This document shows, one piece after another, positions 36,672 through 47,195 of a stretch of 64,000 bases of DNA; position 1 is the stretch's first letter; each line of letters starts with the position of its first letter. A model generated the notes under the pieces. That model worked only from the letters and a program-made list of their open reading frames with translations. It had not been told where the DNA came from and did not search any database. Source of the DNA: Naegleria gruberi (taxonomy: Eukaryota); the NCBI GenBank assembly GCA_000004985.1, contig GG738885.1. One strand, 5' to 3'. A program made the translations under genes and the position numbers.

Positions 36672-37001
36672 ATGAGTGAACAATCAAGTAGTAATTCATC
36701 ATCAAATCAACAAGTGGCAGCCACTTCATCATCGGCCGATTTATTATTTGTTGATCCTCTACAATTAAAAATTAAAACATTCTTGGAGAAGGCTAAAACT
36801 GTAACATTATTGGAAAATTTGAAATCACAAAGACAATTCCATAATCCAGAAATTTTAAATAAAATTATGAAAGAATTTTCTCTTCATGATGAATATGGAA
36901 CCAATACACCATCAGAGATTTATACACCAATTAGTGCTGAAGAATATAAGGAAATGAGTAAGAAGAGACAATTGGATCAAGAAAAACAGAATTTCATGTA
37001 A
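36672..37001 (+). CDS. HCNGP-domain (SAP30-binding-protein-like) protein, small. The 3' end may extend through a short intron.
   Basis: KSQRQFHNPEILNKIMKEFSLHDEYGTNTPSEIYTP resembles the HCNGP signature (F-R/H-N-P ... GTN-P). ATG at 36672. The apparent stop at 36999 directly abuts gtaagt, so a terminal micro-extension (...NF|IQMQKQKYRR) is possible. Confidence 0.5.
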   Translation: MSEQSSSNSSSNQQVAATSSSADLLFVDPLQLKIKTFLEKAKTVTLLENLKSQRQFHNPEILNKIMKEFSLHDEYGTNTPSEIYTPISAEEYKEMSKKRQLDQEKQNFM

Positions 37002-37114
37002 GTTTCATTATTTTACAAAATCCAAATTGACCAATCCAGCCAAATGCAAAAGCAGAAATACAGAAGATAACAGAATTTACAAATTTAGATGTATTATTAA
37101 CAATTAGAAAGAGC

Positions 37115-37738
37115 TTATTCTTTCTTTTGACCTATGAAGGACATAACAAATGGTAAAAGATTTTGTTGTAATCCAAGTAACAATCCAGCTCCAGCTTCCT
37201 TACTTCCCTCAAAGTACTTTCCAACGTATGTGTATAACTTTCCTCTGGCGAAACTGAGAACCTTATCAATATCTTGTTCCAAATTTTCCCACTTCATTAA
37301 CTTATAAACACAATTATCAAAGAACCATATGCAAATACTCTTTGAGGTAATGACATAAATAACAAAAGCAAGTTTGAAAATGTAATAAATTGGGAGGGTA
37401 TTGTAGAAGAAATCTTCCAAAATAAATTCAATAGCATAGAGAATAGTATAGATCATCCAATAAGCAAGCCATTTCTTGTGATTTCCTTCCAACATTTCAA
37501 CTTGTTCTTCCTTCCAAAGTTGTTCTTGTCTTTCGGGAGTATTAAATTCAAATCCTGTATTCACAATTCCCTCTCTCTTCTTCTTTTCTTGAAGTTTTTG
37601 AAATTTAATAACAATTTCATATTCCTCTTGTTTTTGAATGAACTGTTTGGCAGTATGATACGATGCAATTAATGGGTATACAAGTCCAACCAGTACACAC
37701 GACAAATTAGAAAAGTAAAATAATGTTGCTCCGATCAT
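37115..37738 (-). CDS. REEP/Yop1/DP1/HVA22-family membrane protein.
   Basis: VYPLIASYHTAKQ...KKWLAYWMIYTILYAIEFILEDFFYNTLPIYYIFKLAFVIYVITSKS matches the TB2/DP1 hairpin-TM core, with a charged insertion after the first motif. Confidence 0.7.
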   Translation of the reverse strand: MIGATLFYFSNLSCVLVGLVYPLIASYHTAKQFIQKQEEYEIVIKFQKLQEKKKREGIVNTGFEFNTPERQEQLWKEEQVEMLEGNHKKWLAYWMIYTILYAIEFILEDFFYNTLPIYYIFKLAFVIYVITSKSICIWFFDNCVYKLMKWENLEQDIDKVLSFARGKLYTYVGKYFEGSKEAGAGLLLGLQQNLLPFVMSFIGQKKE

Positions 37739-38118
37739 TTCAAATTATTCCAAAAAATGTTTTTAAAAACAATTAATAATAGCGTAATTCTTATACCACG
37801 CTAAAATGACACAATTCTAATTCCAATCTATTAACGATGGTGATGAGAATAAATCACATACAATTTAGATGAAAATTCAAACGCTCCGAGATCAGCGATT
37901 CTGCACGTTTTGTCTTTGGATTTTTTTTAAATTTAATAAAAAATAGCGGGAAAGCCTCCATGCAAAGATTCCTTAATAACAACCAAGCGATAATAAGAAG
38001 CAAGAGAGCAAACTCAAAACGTTGATTTGTTAATGAAAATAATACAATGAGGTAAACTGAAAGATTATCTTCAGAACAATCAAATGTCTAAAGGTGGAGG
38101 TTTTGACAAGCAAAAAAA

Positions 38119-39485
38119 ATGGGTAAAAAGCAATCAAAGCAAAATTCATTGTCACTTGTTCTTCCTCCAAGCAAGTGTCCAGATCATATTCAAATTCCGA
38201 TAACTTTGGACGATAGTAGTAGATTTTCGTTTTTAGGAAATCATACGTTTTTGATTCCAACAGTACAATTGGATGATGTATTGAGAAGATTAGAATGTAC
38301 AAGCGAATGGATTCCAATAGAATTTGCTGTTAATAATTTGAATGCCACAAATCGTATTGTTGCTTTTGGACATTCAGAGAGTTTAGTTGTTATTGTTACT
38401 GGTAGGTAATAGTGTGGATTACCTTAGGTTGACTTGTTTGATTTAGATGATTTCAAAGTGTTTTGTGCTGGAAAATCAAGTGAGTTAAATAATACTGGAA
38501 ATAATGCCACATGGCGTGATTTCAAAAAGATTAAGAATACTTTTACTGAGGTTATTAAATCAGTATACTGTATTAAAGAAAGTATACTATTTACTACTGT
38601 AGATGGACAGGTATATGCCTACAGTAACTCAAAGACAGCTAAATTAGGACTTGGAGAAGCTATTGCAACAATGGAGCCTGTCAAAGTTGAAAAGGCTGAT
38701 ATTTTCGAAAAAGGATTAGCTGAGGAAATTCCACTACCAAAAATCAAATCAATTAGCTTTAGTGAAAACATTACAGCTTTTATTAGTGAAGAGGGTATGT
38801 AGATATCATTTGAAATCGTACTTAATGAGATAATTTAGGAAAGGTATTTGTTTGTGGTTATGGAAGCGGTGATAAATGGAAATTTCCAATCAAAGATGAA
38901 GATGAAACACCATTCAAACGTCTTGATACACCAGCTCTTGTAAAAAGTTTACTTAAGAATAAGGTTATTAAGCAGGTAGCTTGTGGTTTTTATCACATGC
39001 TCTTCCTTACAGATAATGGAGAATTATATGTTTGTGGTAATAATGAGTTTGGTCAACTTGGAAATGGAAAAAATGAAAATGTTGAAGGTTGTGTAAAAAG
39101 AGTCAAATTTGGAATTGGTGTTAAGCATATTGCTGCATCAAACAATTTTTCAGTTATTGTAACTGAAGATAATCAAATTTATAGATTTGGAGATTTGAGT
39201 TGGCAAGTGAAGAATAACCCAACTACTTTCAATTTACCAACTTTACTGACTGAATATACAGAAGTTGGAAATCCTCCTGTTAAATCAATTTATGCTGTAC
39301 AATCTGGAGTTGTAATTCAAACTGAGAGTGACGAAATTTACATGATTGGGCCACTTGAAGCAAAATTAGGATTTGAAGCCTTTAGAAAATTAAGTATTCT
39401 AAAAGGAGATGGAGAAATCTCATTATCCATTACTAGCAATTCAATTGTGTGCGACTATGATTCAAACAAGAAATATAAATTCTAA
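38119..39485 (+). CDS. RCC1-repeat (beta-propeller) protein with a candidate N-myristoylation signal (MGKKQS). Multi-exon; ORF pieces 38119..38402, 38447..38799, about 38840..39485.
   Basis: RCC1-type repeats: VACGFYHMLFLTDNGELYVCGNNEFGQLGNG; HIAASNNFSVIVTEDNQIYRFGD. Introns with gtaggt/gtatgt donors between ORF pieces. Confidence 0.7.
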
Positions 39486-39584
39486 GTTACAAGATGTCAC
39501 AATAATTTTATGTACATAATTTTGAATGAATTTCCAAAATTTCTAATCTATACAAGGAAAATATGATAAATTATCACCAAATAA

Positions 39585-40483
39585 TTAACATCCACATCCA
39601 CCTCCTCCACTTCCAGAATTGTTTGACTTCCCTGATGAAGGATGTGATTGAGGTTGAGATCCTAAGGTCACAGTCTTTGTTCCAGTCTCCGAAGAATTAT
39701 TCTTTCTTCTATTAAATTCACTTTCAGCATAATTACCTGCTTGATATAAACGATCCAACATATTGTCAAATGGTTCTTTTACACCAGAACCATCCTTTGC
39801 TGATGCTTCAAAATATGGAATATTAAATTTCTTTGCTAATTCTTCAGCTCTGCTACGATCAACTACTCTTCTATGAACCATATCACTCTTGTTACCTACA
39901 AGTGTAATAAGAGCATTCTCTTGAGCATTGGATTTAATTTGTTGAATCCATTTGGTTGTATTTTGGAAACTAGTTTCATTTGTCAAGTCGAAAACTACTA
40001 GAATACCATTTACACCTCTATAGTATGAAACAACAATACTATTAAAACGTTCCTATATAATGTTGTTATTGTGTTAATCATCCATTATTATTATTATCCA
40101 CGTTAGCTTCACTTATTGTTAATATTATTAAACATACTTGTCCAGCTGTTACTTGATAAGACAAAACTATTAATTTCAAGAAGAGACTTACCTGTATCCC
40201 ACAATTGCATTCTAGCAACCTTTTGATTTTGCATTAACTTGTTCTTAATTTTAAAATCAACTCCTATTGTACTTTGATATGTATCATTATATTCATTGTC
40301 TGTGTATCGTAAAATTAAACAAGTCTATTATCATCCGATTATTATTAAATTCCATTCATTAATAACAATTATTTACCTTTCCAGCGCCAGAATCACCTAT
40401 TGAAATTTAAATACTTTCAACGTTTACAAAAACATACCGACCAGCAAAATTTTAACGAACAAGTCGTAATTTTCTTCTTTCAT
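39585..40483 (-). CDS. Rab-family small GTPase, 5 exons with 4 short introns, C-terminal CGC prenylation motif.
   Basis: Spliced product MKEENYDLFVKILLVGDSGAGKTCLILRYTDNEYNDTYQSTIGVDFKIKNKLMQNQKVARMQLWDTAGQERFNSIVVSYYRGVNGILVVFDLTNETSF...LVGNKSDM...FEASAKDGSGV...GGGGCGC. P-loop, switch I TIGVDF, WDTAGQE, NKxD and SAK motifs are all present. Confidence 0.85.
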
Positions 40484-40900
40484 TTTATTTTGGTGGGAAA
40501 TTTGAAGGTTTTTAGCTTGTTGCTTCTTTTTTATTGTTTCTGTTTCAGAGACAGAATAATTTATCAGAGCATAAAATAGAATTGGTGATTGACATTTTCA
40601 TTCCAAAAGTACATTAGTTTGTTCTCAACGTAAACCTGAAACGTGTTGTTGTTCCTTTTACATTGCTACACAAGATTTTTGTTCTTGCTGCTAATAATAT
40701 TGTTATTGCAACAATATTCAAAAATATTCAATATTGAAAAAGGACATCTCATGCTACTAGGATCCATCTATTAAACCATTCCTCCCAATACGCCTGGATC
40801 TAGAAGGATTGCAAGGAACAATTGCTTGGACCAATAACAAATAAATATTTAATTAAATTTTTTTAAAAATTCAAAATAAATTTTCAATCGAAATAAAAAA

Positions 40901-41482
40901 ATGACTAACAGAAAGGACCTCATCTTTAAACTTGCCAAAGGTTATTTCGGCAGAAGTAAAAATTGTTGGAGAACAACAAGAAATAGAGTGGAGCATGGTC
41001 TTGAACATGCCTACCGTGGAAGAAAGGAAAAGAAAAGAACAATGAGTAGTATTTGGATACAAAATGTTAAAGCTGCTACCGAACAACATGGAGTAAAATA
41101 TAGTCAATTTATGAATGGATTTGTTCTTAGTGGATGCCAAATTAATCGTAAAGTACTTGCCGAATTGGCCCAAACAGAACCTTTAACTATGCGTGCTTTA
41201 GTAGCCTTGTCTGTGCAAGCACGTAGAGAATTTGCTGTAGAATTCGGAAACAAGGATAACTCAGCTGGTGCTCTTTCGTATGAACTTGACTTCCCAGTGG
41301 AAGCTGAATTATCTTATGAAGGAGAAGATGCTGAAGTTACTCGTATAACGGAACATTTGTCCAAAGTTTTCTCTGACCTTGTTGCCAAGGAATATGAAGA
41401 AGATAAGATTTACCAACAAAAACTTGAACAAGAAATTAAGGATAAGAAGATTAAAGTCACCGGAGACCCAATTATTGTATAA
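40901..41482 (+). CDS. Mitochondrial ribosomal protein L20 (bL20m).
   Basis: LAKGYFGRSKNCWRTTRNRVEHGLEHAYRGRKEKKRTMSSIWIQNVKAATEQHGVKYSQFMNGFVLSGCQINRKVLAELA is collinear with the bL20 family. Extended C-terminus typical of mitoribosomal versions. Confidence 0.8.
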   Translation: MTNRKDLIFKLAKGYFGRSKNCWRTTRNRVEHGLEHAYRGRKEKKRTMSSIWIQNVKAATEQHGVKYSQFMNGFVLSGCQINRKVLAELAQTEPLTMRALVALSVQARREFAVEFGNKDNSAGALSYELDFPVEAELSYEGEDAEVTRITEHLSKVFSDLVAKEYEEDKIYQQKLEQEIKDKKIKVTGDPIIV

Positions 41483-41667
41483 AAACCTAAAAAAACAAAT
41501 ATTATATGGATTAAATTATATTTTCTAAATTGTTTCATCTCCTCCTTACTGAAATTGAGAAACTTTACAAATAATTATTAATATTATTTGGAGAACATGC
41601 AACCCTTTAGATAATTTAAAAAAGTCAAAAGCATTAAAACCAACAAGTTGCAAATTTTCAATAATAG

Positions 41668-41685
41668 AATTTTGAGATAGACAAT
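41668..41685 (+). promoter_or_regulatory. Conserved 5S upstream box (AATTTTGAGATAGACAAT) abutting 5S copy 1.
   Basis: Shares AATT..G/GAGATA..AAT with the 16 nt immediately 5' of the other two 5S copies (44291..44306 on the minus strand; 47180..47195). Confidence 0.4.
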
Positions 41686-41803
41686 GGCTACGGCCATATC
41701 ACGATGAATGCACCTCATCCCGTCCGATTTGAGAAGTTAAGCATCGTCGAGCCACATCAGTACTGAGGTTGGAGACAACTTGGGAACCTGTGGTGCTGTA
41801 GTC
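41686..41803 (+). rRNA. 5S: 5S ribosomal RNA gene, copy 1 (118 nt).
   Basis: GGCTACGGCCATATCACGATGAATGCACCTCATCCCGTCCGATTTGAGAAGTTAAGCATCGTCGAGCCACATCAGTACTGAGGTTGGAGACAACTTGGGAACCTGTGGTGCTGTAGTC. Canonical 5S blocks CCATA(U/C)CAC, CATCCCGTCCGAT, GAAGTTAAGC, AGTACT, GGGA(A)CC. The 5'/3' ends pair to form helix I. Followed by TTTTT, a Pol III terminator. Confidence 0.9.
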
Positions 41804-41838
41804 TTTTTCAAATTAACACTTTTAATGTTTGTTCCAGA

Positions 41839-42804
41839 TTATTCAAAATGATGTTTATTTTCTTGAATGAATTGTTCCAAAGATCTTGGTTTCTTTCCAG
41901 TAACAATCTCAAAATCTGCATGTACATTAGCAGAGGTTCCATTCAATTTGTAAAATTGGAATAATCTCACCAGTCCAAATACTAAAAACTTTGGTAATTG
42001 ACCTAATTGATTAGCCAACTCAATTTCATCAATTCTTGCCCAAGTAATTTGTCTTCCAATAACTTTGGAAATAATCTCAGCTACTTGATCATAATTTAAA
42101 GATTGAGGTCCTGTAATATTGTAAACTTGTCCTCCGTGAATATTTGGATTTTCGGTGAGAATTTGAGCAGCCATATCAGCAATATCTCTAACATCGACAT
42201 GACTAATGTGATATGGAACTCCATGGTCATTTCTTGGCTTGAAGAATTGAGATGAGTTTTTGATGGAATGAATGTCATCTCTAAGGAAGTTTTGCATGAA
42301 TAGATTAGGTCTTAAAATTACGTAGGAAACATTTGGTGCCTTATTCGAAAGTAAATTACCAATTACAACTTCAGAATCGCCATGATATCTGAATAAACTA
42401 TTCGATTCAATAGTTGTTGAAGCACCCAATCCAGATAATCTTATCACTTGTTTCAAATCATACTTTGAATATTGAAGAATCTTGTCAATTAATTGCTCTT
42501 CCACTTTTGGTTGATTTGGTGCACTCAATGTTAAAACGAAAACCCTTTCAATCTTTTCAAATGTACTCGATGGAATTAATTCGAGTTGATTCAAGTCACC
42601 TTGAACATATTCTACATCAAGATTATTTACATAATTTACAAGTTCTTGTTTTGCCTTTTCAACATTTCTCACCAAAACCTTCACTGATTGACCAAATGAT
42701 TTCTGTTCTGAAAGGGCTTTCAATAAATGCTTTCCAATAGTTCCTGTTGCTCCAGTAATAAGAATACTGCTCTTACTATTGGTTGCTGTGATTTCGCTTG
42801 ACAT
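41839..42804 (-). CDS. NmrA-like / atypical SDR NAD(P)-binding protein.
   Basis: Rossmann motif ILITGATGTIGKHLLKAL near the N-terminus; NmrA-like length. Start taken at ATG 42804 (the ORF-track start at 42858 is TTG). Confidence 0.75.
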   Translation of the reverse strand: MSSEITATNSKSSILITGATGTIGKHLLKALSEQKSFGQSVKVLVRNVEKAKQELVNYVNNLDVEYVQGDLNQLELIPSSTFEKIERVFVLTLSAPNQPKVEEQLIDKILQYSKYDLKQVIRLSGLGASTTIESNSLFRYHGDSEVVIGNLLSNKAPNVSYVILRPNLFMQNFLRDDIHSIKNSSQFFKPRNDHGVPYHISHVDVRDIADMAAQILTENPNIHGGQVYNITGPQSLNYDQVAEIISKVIGRQITWARIDEIELANQLGQLPKFLVFGLVRLFQFYKLNGTSANVHADFEIVTGKKPRSLEQFIQENKHHFE

Positions 42805-43023
42805 TTTGCTGTTTTTTTTTGTTTGTTTTATTTGCTGCAACTGTTTCAACTTTCCCAATTAATAGCTTTGTCGCACTTGATTTGTACGTGCTGCGCAGAT
42901 CAGCAAAAATATTCTGCTTCTGAAAAATAGTGCACTTTTAAGCAGCGAGTAAGCACAAAATTCCTATTCACGTTTCGAATAAAAAAAGGGGATATTCAGT
43001 ATGCAGTAGAATAGTAAGAAAAA

Positions 43024-43506
43024 ATGTCAACAAGAGCATTCGAAACTGTTAACGTGTATGTGAGTGGAGTTATTCCAAATGTTAGTGCATCAACTGTTTG
43101 GTCACTGATTGGTTCTTTCAATGGTTTGCCAACTTGGTATGATACTGTTGCCAGCAGTGAAATGGACAATAATCAATCGGATAATACTGTGGGAGGTATT
43201 CGAAAGCTCACCATGAAAAATGGTATTATTCAACGTGAAAGATTAATTGCTATGGATTTACGGAATTCTTCTTACACTTACTCCCTAGTTGATGGTATCC
43301 CATGGGAAGGATATAATAATGATTACTTTGCAACTATTTCAGTCAAGCCAATTACAACAAATGGAACTGATAAGGTAGATAACACATTATTGGAATGGGA
43401 GGCAGAATTTACATGTCCACATGGTGAAGGAAAGAAATGGCAACAAGTTATTGAGGGAATATTTGAGTATGGAATTAAATGTTTACAAAATATTTACAAC
43501 AAGTAA
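43024..43506 (+). CDS. SRPBCC (Bet v 1 / polyketide-cyclase-like) small protein.
   Basis: 160-aa ORF. Composition and length suggest a START/Bet v1-like hydrophobic ligand-binding fold (VSASTVWSLIGSFNGLPTWYDTVASSE ... EWEAEFTCPHGEG). Assignment made by eye. Confidence 0.5.
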   Translation: MSTRAFETVNVYVSGVIPNVSASTVWSLIGSFNGLPTWYDTVASSEMDNNQSDNTVGGIRKLTMKNGIIQRERLIAMDLRNSSYTYSLVDGIPWEGYNNDYFATISVKPITTNGTDKVDNTLLEWEAEFTCPHGEGKKWQQVIEGIFEYGIKCLQNIYNK

Positions 43507-43619
43507 TAAGATTGAATAAAGGTCTTTCAAATGGACTCGATTTTGATTTCTGTCTTGGCTTGAAATTTTGTTTGAATTCAATACTACATTATTAAATATA
43601 AAGATATGTTTACACGGTT

Positions 43620-43685
43620 AACTACTAGGCCTCATCCCGTCAGACGTTGAGTCACATCTGATAACTTGGTGATGTAGTTATTTTT
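43620..43685 (+). pseudogene. Truncated 5S rRNA-like element (about 60 nt plus T5), with internal deletions.
   Basis: aACTACtaGGCCTCATCCCGTCaGAcgTTGAGtcacatctgataACTTGGtgaTGTAGTtaTTTTT. Keeps the 5S 5' end, the CCTCATCCCGTC-GA-TTGAG core and the 3' end ACTTGG..TG.TGTAGT followed by a T-run. Lacks positions about 10-27 and the box-C region. Confidence 0.5.
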
Positions 43686-44172
43686 CCATTTCTATTAAAT
43701 GAAAATGCAATATCAATTACTGGTTGGCTAGTTAGCACTTGTTATCTACTTGCTCGTCTAAATATCAACCTAACAAAAAAAATCTCAGTTAGATTTGATA
43801 CGTTTCACTTTGTGGATAATGTAATTATTATTATCAACAACAGTAAACATATTTCTATTTAAATATTTTATGGAAATATTCATCAATTTTAGATAAATTT
43901 ATCAAAATTATTAAATTTTTTAATTCTTTGCTCATTTCCAATAAAAATTGATTTCAATAACATTATTTTCAAATAGTTGTAATCTTTCAAATCCAATGTT
44001 GTTATTATCAAAATAAGTATTTACGATAAAATTATATTTTCAGAAATATTTTCAGATAACGAAATAAATAATTAGTATTATAATTTAAATTATTACTAAA
44101 AACATCTTTAAAATCATAAATAGTTTCAATATATTCAATCAGTCTATTGGGATTATTCAAAAAAGAAGAAAA

Positions 44173-44290
44173 GACTACAGCACCACAGGTTCCCAAGTTG
44201 TCTCCAACCTCAGTACTGATGTGGCTCGACGATGCTTAACTTCTCAAATCGGACGGGATGAGGTGCATTCATCGTGATATGGCCGTAGTC
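44173..44290 (-). rRNA. 5S: 5S ribosomal RNA gene, copy 2 (minus strand).
   Basis: The reverse complement is identical to copy 1 except G2->A. 5' flank (44291..44306) is the box AATTAAGGAGATAAAT. 3' flank is TTTTCTTCTTTT. Confidence 0.9.
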
Positions 44291-44354
44291 ATTTATCTCC
44301 TTAATTCTTAGTATACAAACAATCTCATACCACTACCTAATTAAGCAATTGGAC

Positions 44355-45605
44355 CTAATATTGTAGTTTTTCAAAAACTATCTTCATGTTTTGTGGTAAA
44401 TCTAATTCAGGTTTGTTGAACCCCTTCGAATAAATTAGTTTTTCTAATTTTGGTAATTTCAATAAAGATTCCAATCCAAACTGGTCTATTTCAGCATATT
44501 TGATGGAGAGTTCCTTAATGGACTCGAATTTAGAGAAATGTTCTGCTAATTCATTGGTAATACTAAACATTTTAAAGGTTTCCAATTGTTTAAACGTTTC
44601 AGGGTTCAACCTAGCGAGATTTTCCCCATATCCACCATCCTCAAATGAAAGCTCTTTCAATTGACTATTTTTGGAAATTGAATCCATCAAATAATCAGAA
44701 AAATCAGCATATGACAAGCTTAATCTCAATGTTTTGACATTCTCGCAAAATGGTACTCCAAATCCTTCAATTCGTTCTCCATGCAAAGTAATCTTCTCTA
44801 AATGTTTCAACTTATTTATGGCTGCAAATGATTCAACAACTTGCTCACTTGTTGGATCTTCTGTAATTTCACCTCTTATTAGATAAATAACGGAATATAT
44901 CTCTTTAAGATTCTTCCAATTTTCAAATATTTCTGGCGCTGTAAAAATTGATGTTAATGACTTGTTTTTGAAATATTCTAATTGAGGAGTGTTTTTTGAT
45001 ATTTCAATAAAATGTTCAATTAATGAGCTTGAATCAATACAATCCAATGTCAATTTCTTCAAATTTCTACACTGTGCAATTAAAGAAGCCAAGCTGGAGA
45101 GACCATAATCACTATTAGAATAATAATCACATCTAATATAAATATTTTCCAAACTTGGAAATTTTTTCAATGCCCATTGAGAAACATATTCTGGAAGATA
45201 GTCACTAGATAACTGAATTGATTTAACCAAATCTGTATCCACATTTTTGAATGTTCTTTCCAAATTTTCAATTACTTTTTCTTTAGTATTATGTTTCTGG
45301 AGGTTTGGTTTCAAAATATTTGATTTTTCACCTTCTATCAAGTCAATTCTCTTTCCATCATTGGCACAAAGTTCAATATTTATCACTTGTCTTTCAAATG
45401 ATTCTTCCACCCTCGTTTGGTCCCAACACAAATTCTTGAATAAGAAGCAAATATTTCCTGTTGGAAATCTTCCAAAATAATACTTGAAAAATGTTGAAGA
45501 TTTTCTACTGCACAACTTGGCTTCAAATTCTAAATAGGACAAAATTTCCATTATGATTTCTGATGGAAGCTGGTGATAGAGTTCACCACCATCATGTGTT
45601 GACAT
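44355..45605 (-). CDS. F-box / leucine-rich-repeat protein.
   Basis: N-terminal F-box LPSEIIMEILSYLEFEAKLCSRKSSTFFK, followed by repeated LxxLxxLxL units (LKKLTLDCIDSSSLIEHF, LEKITLHGERIEGF, LKELSFEDGGYGENL...). Confidence 0.7.
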   Translation of the reverse strand: MSTHDGGELYHQLPSEIIMEILSYLEFEAKLCSRKSSTFFKYYFGRFPTGNICFLFKNLCWDQTRVEESFERQVINIELCANDGKRIDLIEGEKSNILKPNLQKHNTKEKVIENLERTFKNVDTDLVKSIQLSSDYLPEYVSQWALKKFPSLENIYIRCDYYSNSDYGLSSLASLIAQCRNLKKLTLDCIDSSSLIEHFIEISKNTPQLEYFKNKSLTSIFTAPEIFENWKNLKEIYSVIYLIRGEITEDPTSEQVVESFAAINKLKHLEKITLHGERIEGFGVPFCENVKTLRLSLSYADFSDYLMDSISKNSQLKELSFEDGGYGENLARLNPETFKQLETFKMFSITNELAEHFSKFESIKELSIKYAEIDQFGLESLLKLPKLEKLIYSKGFNKPELDLPQNMKIVFEKLQY

Positions 45606-45943
45606 TTTTTTTTAAAATTGGCTATTTTTCAAAGTTCATCTAAGCGCTATCCTGAAAGATTGAAATGTAAAATTCATTTAAATTGAGAATAGAGTGATGT
45701 TGCATTTGTAACAACTTTATTCCTGATACTGTAACCATGTAGTGTTGTTTGTTACAATTGTTATTGCAAAATTCTAATGATTGTTAACAATTAGCTAATA
45801 GTTAATAAAGATGAGATGATCATAGACACAATAGTATCAATTTCATCAAGTGGAAATGTTGATAATTAAATATTCTGATGAATAGTTTACTTTCTAAAAC
45901 GTTCGGTAATCCTTTCCATGAACTTTAAGATCAACAAAAAAAA

Positions 45944-47002
45944 ATGCAAAGATCACAACAACAGCAAACCATCAAACTCACCAAAGCAAAACAAAAGAAA
46001 ACAATTTCTTCAGAAAGATTGCCAACAGAAACATTTATATCCATTGTTAGAGATTGTGTAAAATTACAACTTGATATTAGACCTTTACAATTCAAAAAGA
46101 AAATCTCTAACGGAACCAGAGACTTTCTTTGTGATAAGGTAAAGAATTCGAAGGCAGTTTGTCGAGAAATCAATAGAGGAGATAATGTCATGATGAATAT
46201 AATTTTCACATGTCAAGATTCTCAACCAATAATTCCAAATTATATTAAGGGAGTAACGAGTTATATTGAAAAGCATAAAATTTCGTACCCAGACAAGATC
46301 ATGTCAATTGACACTTTACGAATTGATATTGAATTTCCGTACCATAATTCAATAACAGAGGTTGCTAAGAAGATTAATTTACATGAGGAAGAATCATTGA
46401 TCAATTCTCTTATAACCATTATTGATAAGGATGATCATCAAGTGTATTTCAAAATGAAAACTAATTATTGCAATGAGGATAAGGAACATTTGTATAGATA
46501 CATTGTAATTGGAAAAATGGATCAAAGTGAGCATGCTTTCATCTTTGATGTGAGCGATTTTATAAATATTTGTGGTATCAATGGTGGTATTCCAAAAAAT
46601 CTCAAAAAGATTTATGATTTGTGCATGCCAAAGGATTTAGTCCAATATTTTGAAAAGAATGGATGCAGCTCAACAAATTCAGATACAAGTGTCAGAAGAG
46701 TTGGATTTGGAATGTTCTTCAGATCAGATACCAGACCACGCAGAGAGCGTTTCGGACAATACTACCGCCCATGTTGGGAATCAGATGGTTCAGTTGCAGC
46801 CTTAGTGAACTCGTACTCAAGGAATGGAGATTATGGTATTCAAATATTGGCACAGGGCGCAAGAGAATTCCATCCAACTGAGTATTCTGGTGAGATTGAT
46901 GTAGGATATTACAAATTTAAAATGGGATGGTGTAGATTCACTTCATTCCAATCAGCCCAGCACTACACTTGCAAATTAATCCAGGAAGTTAAAAATTCAT
47001 AA
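45944..47002 (+). CDS. Hypothetical protein (352 aa); no domain recognised.
   Basis: Uninterrupted ORF with ATG at 45944. Complex, non-repetitive sequence, Cys/His-containing C-terminal part. Confidence 0.55.
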   Translation: MQRSQQQQTIKLTKAKQKKTISSERLPTETFISIVRDCVKLQLDIRPLQFKKKISNGTRDFLCDKVKNSKAVCREINRGDNVMMNIIFTCQDSQPIIPNYIKGVTSYIEKHKISYPDKIMSIDTLRIDIEFPYHNSITEVAKKINLHEEESLINSLITIIDKDDHQVYFKMKTNYCNEDKEHLYRYIVIGKMDQSEHAFIFDVSDFINICGINGGIPKNLKKIYDLCMPKDLVQYFEKNGCSSTNSDTSVRRVGFGMFFRSDTRPRRERFGQYYRPCWESDGSVAALVNSYSRNGDYGIQILAQGAREFHPTEYSGEIDVGYYKFKMGWCRFTSFQSAQHYTCKLIQEVKNS

Positions 47003-47057
47003 ATATTGAATTTTATTCTGCTACGATTTCTTTTTGAACTTCGATCATAAATTGGTA

Positions 47058-47145
47058 AAGGCAAAATGTGTCCAATAAATAGAAGATTGATCAACCGTTT
47101 CAAATTCTTCAACCAAACCTTGCTGAACTAAGAATCTTTACGTTT
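47058..47145 (+). repeat. About 88-nt dispersed repeat, copy A, 50 bp upstream of 5S copy 3. Its partner is at 48098..48190.
   Basis: ggcaaaatgtgtccaataaatagaagattgatcaaccgtttcaaattcttcaaccaaaccttgctgaactaagaatcttt versus ggcaaatgttcaataaatacgagggtgatcaaccttttcaaattcttcaaacaaaacctgaaccaacaagattctgtc, about 80 % identity. Confidence 0.7.
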
Positions 47146-47195
47146 TGTTCCAAGTATATATTGTTATTTAAATACCAGAAATTAAGGAGATAAAT

